Assembly: GCA_964035545.1 (NCBI GenBank)
Contig: CAXIUT010000158.1
Coordinates: 1-21,870 of the forward strand
Reading direction: 5' to 3'
Source: Bugula neritina
Lineage: Eukaryota; Animalia; Bryozoa
Length of the DNA stretch: 21,870 nt
The notes under the pieces are model-generated. The model was given only the letters and a program-made list of their open reading frames with translations, was not told the DNA's origin and did no database searches. Positions 8,500 through 15,592 of the stretch are shown here, piece after piece (position 1 is the stretch's first letter; each line of letters begins with the position of its first letter). Position numbers and translations under genes: made by a program.

Positions 8500-10284
8500 T
8501 TACTTGTCACTTGTATCCCCCACAGAACACGCTGCAAATCGTAAAATTGTCCCCGACTGCATGGTGAAATTTTTTACGGTGAGTACGTTGGAAAAAGTAT
8601 TTATTTCTGATTCAAGTTGTTTCCATTCGCGGCCGTTTAATGCCCATAGTTTTAGATCGGATTCTTTAACGTTATGACCGACTTCATTTCTTTGTGAATT
8701 TTCCTGTAGGTATTCAAGTTGTAGATCCATTGTTCGATCATGGTATGGAGAGAGTAACGATAAATACCAATTTCGTTGGATACAAGATTCTGAAGAATAA
8801 GTCGGTGGTAAGAGTGTTTGTGCTTGATCAATTTCTGATTCGGTACTGAATTCCGCCGGGCCGAAATCATCTTTTAAACGAATGCCACTTAAGGCAAAAC
8901 CATATGCAGGTGCGGTTATTAATTTATATTTTCCGTCTCCCGGAACGGTAGTTCGAACACGTAAATCCGTTGGGAAAGGATCACGCTCGGGTTGTTCTTC
9001 ATCGTAATTCCAGGTCGCTTTTTCGGCATCCCATTGGTATTCGCCTGTGAGTGTTTCTTTTAAATAGGCGTAGCGACGTTGTGAATAATGCCAGAGACTT
9101 TCAACTTCATTTTTGTAATCAATATTTTTCTCTTCCAGGAAGGGATCGTTTTCATGAAACGTTTCAAGCTTCGCGGCCATTTGATCGATTCTTGATTTTA
9201 ATTGATCGGGATGAAACCAACCGAAGTTAGTTTTTGATACCTGTTTTTCTATACCTAACAAATGTAATAAGCGTGCAATAATTTTTTTGTTTAGTGTTGG
9301 GTTACGAAAAACTTTTTCCTTTAATGGACTCGCAGCGCCGAGTTGTGGAGGATAATAATATTGAAAATTATCATTCAAAATACTTTTCGGAAATTCCAGA
9401 AAAGGATCCCAGTTGCGGCCAAAGCTTAGATCATAATCCCATGGAATGATGATCCATTTTTTTGTTGTTTCTGGTTGGTAGATAAAATAATTTTTATTAT
9501 AAGTGTCACCATTGCTGGTGAGGATGTTAAGGGCTAGCCAGTTTAGAACAGAATCTTCATCAAAGTTTTTTCCAATGTATTGATCAAATTCTTCTATGGG
9601 CGTTTTGTTTATTCCACTGTAGGCTTCATATAATGGTGAAAAGTCATTATCACCGGGCGCAAACTTAAACCAGCAGTCATCGATATTTTTATTTTCATAA
9701 TAACGAAAATCACCACAAAATCGTGAGTCGATGGGATGAAAAAATTGTCCGGCTTTTCCTAGTCCAAAACGATCAAACAGTGTTGTATCGATCCATTCTG
9801 TTTGTAAAAAAACGCCGTGATATTTTTCATTAATATAGACACGAATATATTCGACCTTTGGACCGACCATGCCAAGATCTTCAATCATCTGCCAGGCCAA
9901 CCATTCGCGTAACATGGAACCATCGGTCGCCATTCCATCCAGAGAGATTCTTTGTTGATCATTCCATTTCTGATCGCCATCCAATTTTATGATCAGATTT
10001 TTTTTACTAAAACGCCGGGAGAAACTGCCAGAAACTTTTATTCTGCCGGATAGTTCTTGTTTGCCTGTATCGATCACTTTCACCGCAAATGAAGATTTAT
10101 CGTTGTATTCTTTTCGGAAGAGTACTTCAGCATCTAACTCATCCATGGTGAGATGTATTTCACCTATTTCATTTTGTATCGCAGCCGTTGTTTGAACAGG
10201 AAGGAAAAAAACAGACAAACAAACAAAAGATAAAATTGATCGAATTTTGTTTGAATGATTTTTTCTTGTTATATCGTTACTCAT
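8500..10284 (-). CDS. Exported CotH-family atypical kinase with C-terminal extension
   Basis: CotH motifs: IKVSGSFSRRFSKKNLIIKL, MLREWLA, VYINEKYHGVF, NGDTYNKNYFIY, IIPWDYDLSFG, RRYAYL. Start placed at ATG 10284 (MSNDIT...), 2 nt after the upstream stop, followed by a signal-peptide-like segment (ILSFVCLSVFFLPVQTTA). Confidence 0.85.
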   Translation of the reverse strand: MSNDITRKNHSNKIRSILSFVCLSVFFLPVQTTAAIQNEIGEIHLTMDELDAEVLFRKEYNDKSSFAVKVIDTGKQELSGRIKVSGSFSRRFSKKNLIIKLDGDQKWNDQQRISLDGMATDGSMLREWLAWQMIEDLGMVGPKVEYIRVYINEKYHGVFLQTEWIDTTLFDRFGLGKAGQFFHPIDSRFCGDFRYYENKNIDDCWFKFAPGDNDFSPLYEAYSGINKTPIEEFDQYIGKNFDEDSVLNWLALNILTSNGDTYNKNYFIYQPETTKKWIIIPWDYDLSFGRNWDPFLEFPKSILNDNFQYYYPPQLGAASPLKEKVFRNPTLNKKIIARLLHLLGIEKQVSKTNFGWFHPDQLKSRIDQMAAKLETFHENDPFLEEKNIDYKNEVESLWHYSQRRYAYLKETLTGEYQWDAEKATWNYDEEQPERDPFPTDLRVRTTVPGDGKYKLITAPAYGFALSGIRLKDDFGPAEFSTESEIDQAQTLLPPTYSSESCIQRNWYLSLLSPYHDRTMDLQLEYLQENSQRNEVGHNVKESDLKLWALNGREWKQLESEINTFSNVLTVKNFTMQSGTILRFAACSVGDTSDK

Positions 10285-10286
10285 TA

Positions 10287-11114
10287 TTATGGCCCCCAAT
10301 GGCGGCTGAATGTGATGCCGAATTTTGTACTTTGTCCTGAGTTTCTTCCCCATATCACACGAGAAGCAGAAACTTTATAGCGCCAGTCGTGATTGAGTCG
10401 ATCAGACCAGCTGACTTTTGCATTTAATTTGTCGTAATCCGAAAGCTGAGTTTCATCAGCAAAATCGTTATTTGTATTCCCTTCATTTTGAAAAGAAATA
10501 TCTGCGCTTAAACCCATGCTTATGCGCCCCGTCTTTCCGATGTGTCGACGAACCGTTGCGTAAGCTAAAAATTGATCCGCTGGTCCGCTCATCCATAAAC
10601 GTACCGACGCACCAGTTAGAAAATCCCACTTTGGTGCAAAGTCTCTTTCTTCTCCACGAGAAAGATAGGCCAGCCCTCCTTCGATTCCGAACTCACCATT
10701 GCCTGGTCGAGACCGGTTGCTACGTGAATAACCAGTTGGAACAATGAGCGTGACTTCCCAGGTTTTACCATTTTCGAAAACGTTAAGGCGTCCACGAATA
10801 CCGAGACGTAAATCCCCAAGTCCGCTGTAGTCCTCATCACCGCAATGTTTGTCGATCAATTCCAGGTTAGCAACCAGAGTGTGATAATAACTATATCCAT
10901 ATTCAAGCTGATGATTTGATCGAAAGGTTTGCGAGCGACAACTGGAATCTCGCAGGTTACTACTTCGGTTCCAGCTTTTATCACTGGTTGAATAACTGAG
11001 CCCACCGGAATAATAGGTTTCACCTTCCGATAACATCCACGGACTGACTGCATAACTTTCCTGCGGAATGATCAAAACAGGAAATAAAAAAAGAGAAAAT
11101 ATTAACTTGTACAT
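10287..11114 (-). CDS. Putative outer-membrane beta-barrel protein
   Basis: Signal peptide (..ESYA-V). Repeated amphipathic alternating strands (YYSGGLSYS, LEYGYS, GLGDLRLGIRGRL, VPTGY, LNAKVSWS, WRYKVSAS, FGITFSRHW). Trp/Tyr/Gly/Ser-rich. Confidence 0.7.
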   Translation of the reverse strand: MYKLIFSLFLFPVLIIPQESYAVSPWMLSEGETYYSGGLSYSTSDKSWNRSSNLRDSSCRSQTFRSNHQLEYGYSYYHTLVANLELIDKHCGDEDYSGLGDLRLGIRGRLNVFENGKTWEVTLIVPTGYSRSNRSRPGNGEFGIEGGLAYLSRGEERDFAPKWDFLTGASVRLWMSGPADQFLAYATVRRHIGKTGRISMGLSADISFQNEGNTNNDFADETQLSDYDKLNAKVSWSDRLNHDWRYKVSASRVIWGRNSGQSTKFGITFSRHWGP

Positions 11115-12160
11115 TCGCTGATTTTCCTCATAAAAAGGCTGAACGGTGAACCCCAGTGTTGATGAACAACCGCTTGAGCCAATTTATTTTGTACGGTGTA
11201 ACTTGTGTCATTTTGGCCGCCAGCTTGTGGGGAGCTGCTCCACTGCCAGATCCAGATCCCTTCGATATTTGACGATTTAGATGTGTTGGATTTTTCTAAC
11301 GAGCTTAACCAACGACGGATCAAATCTGCTTGCGTATTTGGATCTGCCGAGGGTGAAGCTGTTTCCAGCCCACGCCAATCCCAGGGTTTTGCCTCCCACC
11401 CTTTTGCTGAAGGAATGCCCACTTCGAGAATCCAGACGGGTTGTTGAAAACGTTCTGCGAGTGTTTCCAATTGTTCGGTCAGCGTATCGGTGATCCGTTC
11501 TTGCGTCATGTCGGGATACAATGTGACACCTATCGAATCAAGTAAATCCCAATGAGGGAACGCTTCAATCCCTGCAACCTCTCCCGCGGCATAGGTTAAT
11601 TTTCCAGAATAAACCGCACGCAGTTTTTTGATCAATTCTGGCCAATGCAGGCTCTCCTGAATTTTTCTTAATTCGGTCCCAATGACAAACGCATCGACAT
11701 GATAAGTTTCTGCTAGCCGTGCATAGTTTAAAAGCTGATTGGTATAATTTTCGAACCAGCTTTTTTCTTGTTCTTGACTCGAAAATGTAATCTCACCTGC
11801 CCAGGAATTGTCAATTAAAATTTGAGGTTTAAGTACACGGTGTAAGCGCTGTTTTTGCGACAGTTCCAGCGCTGCAATCAATTGTTCGTCAGTGACAGCA
11901 TCACTTTTGCTGATTTCGTCAGATTGCGGTGTGTCTTGTTTTAAAAACGGGACAAGAATAATGGAATTTGCCCCTGTCAGGCGCAAGTGCTGCATGGATA
12001 AGCAGGCGCCCGTTGAGTTCATGGCGGTGTGGCGATCCTGCAAAAAATTAAAACCAACCAGATCTGGTTTAGAAGAATAATCACAACCATACAAGCTATA
12101 AATAGTCAGGATCAAAAATAATGAACGAGGCTGGTTTATCGAATCAATTTTCATTTTCAT
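11102..12160 (-). CDS. Glycoside hydrolase, GH113-like (clan GH-A TIM barrel), probable lipoprotein
   Basis: GANSIILVPF, VLKPQI, W.GEI, WFENY, FVIGTEL (acid/base Glu), YSGKLTYAA, WDLLDSIGV..YP, PVWILEVG (nucleophile Glu), GIWIWQW, YTVQNK. LYGC lipobox-like motif. The start is probably MKMKIDS at 12160 rather than 12190. Confidence 0.8.
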   Translation of the reverse strand: MKMKIDSINQPRSLFLILTIYSLYGCDYSSKPDLVGFNFLQDRHTAMNSTGACLSMQHLRLTGANSIILVPFLKQDTPQSDEISKSDAVTDEQLIAALELSQKQRLHRVLKPQILIDNSWAGEITFSSQEQEKSWFENYTNQLLNYARLAETYHVDAFVIGTELRKIQESLHWPELIKKLRAVYSGKLTYAAGEVAGIEAFPHWDLLDSIGVTLYPDMTQERITDTLTEQLETLAERFQQPVWILEVGIPSAKGWEAKPWDWRGLETASPSADPNTQADLIRRWLSSLEKSNTSKSSNIEGIWIWQWSSSPQAGGQNDTSYTVQNKLAQAVVHQHWGSPFSLFMRKISECTS

Positions 12161-13652
12161 AGACTCGCCAGCCCGCGTAATCATAAACACGTTTGAAGCC
12201 AGTCATGCCTTCTTTATAAAGATCCGGATAAAGGAGGTTTATTCGGTCTCGGCCACCCGTTTTGGTAGACGGATCAGGTATGACGATGAGATCGGTATCA
12301 GGCCGTTGGAAACGCGTTTGAATCTTAAAGTTATCAGAAATGGGTAAGTGAAGTTGGTGAGCATCCCCTTTCGCGACGATCGCACGGTAAGCACTGCGTT
12401 CGTCGATCAATATATCTTTATTTTTTTGTTTAGTCAGCCATTCACCGAGCACTGCATCTTCATGATATAGCTCACCAGAAAGACTATTTGTGAAGGCCAG
12501 ATACCAGTGTCGCATTTCGGGCTCTGTATATTGCGCGAAACGATGCCAGCCAGAGAGTGAGCCTATTACAAGTAAAATGATCAAAGCGGGGAATTTCCAA
12601 CGCCTTGCAAATGGGATCATGGTTAATTCAGCCATGACACCAGCGCTGATCAAAGCCAGTATTTCTAATGGGTGAAACAGGAAATATTTGCTACTGGCAA
12701 AGGCAATCGCAATAACCGGATGGAATAACAAAATGATGCTGGCTTTAAGATGATTACCATAACGCGCGGCGAGTGGTAATAACAAAAAGACCACAGGGAA
12801 AAGAACGCCAAGTTGTAAAAAAGCAGCAAATAGCGGCGCAAGCCAGAGTCCACCATACTGCCTTAACCATTCAGAAGTTGGTGTGTCTTGCCAGCCACCA
12901 AGAAACGATGAATCGGGCTCGCGTGCAAAGATGAGTGCGCTTCCTTCAAAAATCCAGTTTAGATAAGCCCAGGATAAAACCGCAATTAATAGCGGCATCG
13001 CGATCATCAGATAAACACTGATTGGAGAACTTAATAAAATTTTCCGCGGGGCAATAATAGAAAGAAAGGGAACCAGTGCAATAAACAGAAACAATGCAAT
13101 AGGATCTGCAAAAAAATACAGCGCGAGAATCATACCCAGTAAGATGAATGAACGCACATCCTCTTGATAGATCATGCGTAGACATGCTCGATATAAGAGA
13201 TAAAACATCAATAAGCTGATGGCGGTATAACCACCACTGGTTGCAGCCCAAAGCACGGTTGGTTGGCTGATGATCAATAAAATAAGTAACGCCCTTTGCC
13301 ATACTGGTCGTGCGTTTCTACGCAGGTGGTGATTCCATAAAGCTAACAAGATTGCGACAGTCAGCCCTGAAATAAAATAGGGTGCGGCGGCTTGATAACC
13401 ATCTGGTAACCATGTGAATGGGATAAGCATGTAAAACGGTGCATGTGGATAGATAAAGCGAAAATGCTCCATGCGAATGGTTTCCGCATCCATCACTCCG
13501 AGCACTTTTGCCCAGCGGAACATTGCAATATCACTAACGTAATGATTACTTAATAACCACAGACTACACATGGCAAAAACCAGTGTGATCAACATCAACA
13601 CAATGAAATTATGGTGCCGACGATTGCTTGTTTCTGCGATCACCTCTGCCAT
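12144..13652 (-). CDS. Polytopic membrane protein, GT-C-like (ArnT/PMT-type) putative glycan-modifying transferase
   Basis: About 10 or more hydrophobic helices, a first loop containing YPHAP, and a soluble C-terminal domain of about 130 aa. This architecture is typical of GT-C enzymes. The ATG overlaps the GT2 stop (TGATG). Confidence 0.55.
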   Translation of the reverse strand: MAEVIAETSNRRHHNFIVLMLITLVFAMCSLWLLSNHYVSDIAMFRWAKVLGVMDAETIRMEHFRFIYPHAPFYMLIPFTWLPDGYQAAAPYFISGLTVAILLALWNHHLRRNARPVWQRALLILLIISQPTVLWAATSGGYTAISLLMFYLLYRACLRMIYQEDVRSFILLGMILALYFFADPIALFLFIALVPFLSIIAPRKILLSSPISVYLMIAMPLLIAVLSWAYLNWIFEGSALIFAREPDSSFLGGWQDTPTSEWLRQYGGLWLAPLFAAFLQLGVLFPVVFLLLPLAARYGNHLKASIILLFHPVIAIAFASSKYFLFHPLEILALISAGVMAELTMIPFARRWKFPALIILLVIGSLSGWHRFAQYTEPEMRHWYLAFTNSLSGELYHEDAVLGEWLTKQKNKDILIDERSAYRAIVAKGDAHQLHLPISDNFKIQTRFQRPDTDLIVIPDPSTKTGGRDRINLLYPDLYKEGMTGFKRVYDYAGWRVYENEN

Positions 13653-15592
13653 CAGTTAGAGCCCGTTCGTGTTATGGGTGGTGGAATTATTTCTTCATGG
13701 TCATGTGAAGTAAGTCCATGCACGGTCTTTTCCCAATAAAAAGGATCGTGAATTAATTGCCATAATGCTCGATAGGCAGCAACTGACATTAAGATCCAAT
13801 AAAGAGGAATGGTAAGCGCCCAGGGGATTAAGTTATAAAGCTGTCGTTTGAATACACTCAGGGTTGAGAGATAGATCAATATACCGTTACCGATAAGCAG
13901 GTTAAACAGACTGATATAAAGAATGAACCCTGGAAATAATAAATCTAAAGCGTGGGTTTGAGTATAGAGCCAGAAGAAGTACATAAAATATAAAAACGGT
14001 GCCATCAGTGCACTTAAGACTGCGCCGCCAATGAAAAATTGAAAACCCCAAAAAGCCCCGCTTCCGAGTGAGCGATATAGATCTATCGGGTGACGCATGT
14101 GAACCAGGTAAGTTTGCATGTAGCCTTTAATCCAACGAGAGCGTTGTCGGATCCAGTTTCCAAGATGGCTGTTTGCTTCTTCGTAAGTTGTCGAATTAAC
14201 CACACCAACACGGTAATTTAGTTGTGTATATCTTACGCCCAGATCGGCATCTTCAGTGACGTTGTAGGGATCCCAGGCATCGACTTCTTTGAGGATATGC
14301 ATTTTAAAATGGTTAGATGTTCCACCAAGCGGGATTGGGATTTTTAATGCTTCAAGCGCTGGCAGATAAAAATCAAACCATAGTGAATATTCAAGGGTAA
14401 ACATTCTTGTTAACCAGTTTTCATTCGCGTTGAAATAATTCAATCTAGCCTGAATGACCGCAGTATTGTCCGGTGCTTTTCTGAATGCGACGACAGCTTT
14501 TTTGAGTTGATCAGGTTCTGGTCGATCTTCTGCATCATAGATGGTGACTAGTTCACCGCGTGCAAAACTAAGAGCATAGTTGCAAGCTTTCGGTTTCGTT
14601 TTAGGCAGAGAGTCAGGAACCCTGATTATTTCAAATATGCCCTCTAAACCGAGCTCTTTTGCCGCTTGTACGGTTTCGTCGTCGTCATCTTCCAGGATCA
14701 GTTTTATATCCAGCTTAGATAATGGATAATCGAGATCCCTTATTGCAGAGGTAATAATGGGTAAAACTTCAGGTTCTTTATACATCGGAACCAATACAGT
14801 ATAGGTCGGCAGATCTTTATCTGTTAAGGCGGCTACTTCTTCATCCGTTACCTTCACATCAATTTGGGTGTCTCCTCCAACCCAGGCAAAAAGTATTCGC
14901 AATCCAAAATTGAGTAATAAAAAGAGACAGATAAATAAGTTTATGGCGATTAATGCTTTAATCGGCCAAAGCGTCACCGCAAGCATAAGCAGTGTAAGAA
15001 TGATAAAGATCCAGATTAACTGTGCCGTTGTGAAAACTTGTTTTGCGGAATTGACGGGTTGCTTGTTGGCGAGATCATTAACGGCATTATCAACTAAGAA
15101 ATCTTTTGCTTCTCGTTGGACAATCCAGATGATGTCAAACTTAGAGGTGATTACAAAATCATATTCACCGTCGGTTTGTTCGTGCATATAGTAAACCGCT
15201 TCCGGTGAAGGATCGGCACAAACAAAGATCGTTTTGTCTTTTTCTTTTCTATACGGAAGGACTAAATGTTCGGTGTAATGATCAATTTCCTCATCATGCC
15301 ATAATGATTTATCGGGAGGTACTTCCATCATATTGATGAAAGGCTTGTTATATTGCCCGGCAAGTACCCGATAAAAGGCAAATGGTTGTACCCAACCTTT
15401 TGAGATCAAAATGTCTCCAAGTCGGGTTCCCCATTTTTGCTGTAAAGCGAGCGCCTTTTCCAGATGATCGGCCGTAATTAAGCCTTTTTCAAGCAAGAGT
15501 TCACCCAAAGGAATGAACTTCGTCGATTTACGATCGGGCGATCCAGGTGGAACGTTTGCTCCAACGCCTCTATCAGAGGTGTCGTCCGCCAT
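13652..15592 (-). CDS. Processive GT2 polysaccharide synthase with N-terminal MshEN (c-di-GMP-binding) domain
   Basis: Cellulose-synthase-like motifs VLVPMYKE, EDDD, TKPKACN, IYDAED (DxD), LGGTSNHF, VTEDADLG, RQRSRW (QxxRW), WEKTVH. Two TMs precede and several follow the GT domain. Tandem MshEN motifs at aa 28-80. No PilZ domain. The ATG overlaps the upstream stop (TAATG). Confidence 0.92.
   Translation of the reverse strand: MADDTSDRGVGANVPPGSPDRKSTKFIPLGELLLEKGLITADHLEKALALQQKWGTRLGDILISKGWVQPFAFYRVLAGQYNKPFINMMEVPPDKSLWHDEEIDHYTEHLVLPYRKEKDKTIFVCADPSPEAVYYMHEQTDGEYDFVITSKFDIIWIVQREAKDFLVDNAVNDLANKQPVNSAKQVFTTAQLIWIFIILTLLMLAVTLWPIKALIAINLFICLFLLLNFGLRILFAWVGGDTQIDVKVTDEEVAALTDKDLPTYTVLVPMYKEPEVLPIITSAIRDLDYPLSKLDIKLILEDDDDETVQAAKELGLEGIFEIIRVPDSLPKTKPKACNYALSFARGELVTIYDAEDRPEPDQLKKAVVAFRKAPDNTAVIQARLNYFNANENWLTRMFTLEYSLWFDFYLPALEALKIPIPLGGTSNHFKMHILKEVDAWDPYNVTEDADLGVRYTQLNYRVGVVNSTTYEEANSHLGNWIRQRSRWIKGYMQTYLVHMRHPIDLYRSLGSGAFWGFQFFIGGAVLSALMAPFLYFMYFFWLYTQTHALDLLFPGFILYISLFNLLIGNGILIYLSTLSVFKRQLYNLIPWALTIPLYWILMSVAAYRALWQLIHDPFYWEKTVHGLTSHDHEEIIPPPITRTGSN

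Noticed and set aside
10285-10353. ORF-track start of the CotH gene at 10353
   Set aside because: It overlaps the barrel gene by 67 nt. The ATG at 10284 directly follows the upstream stop and gives a more plausible signal peptide.
673-15191. Short plus-strand ORFs (e.g. 673-897, 922-1269, 2185-2469, 3378-3701, 5274-5603, 10418-10747, 11205-11447, 14868-15191) and nested minus-strand alternative-frame ORFs
   Set aside because: They overlap well-supported genes and have no recognisable motifs. They are shadow ORFs.
13652-15592. Naming the synthase bcsA or nfrB
   Set aside because: There is no C-terminal PilZ, the motif is QRSRW, and MshEN is N-terminal, so the domain order matches neither gene. 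Symbol withheld.
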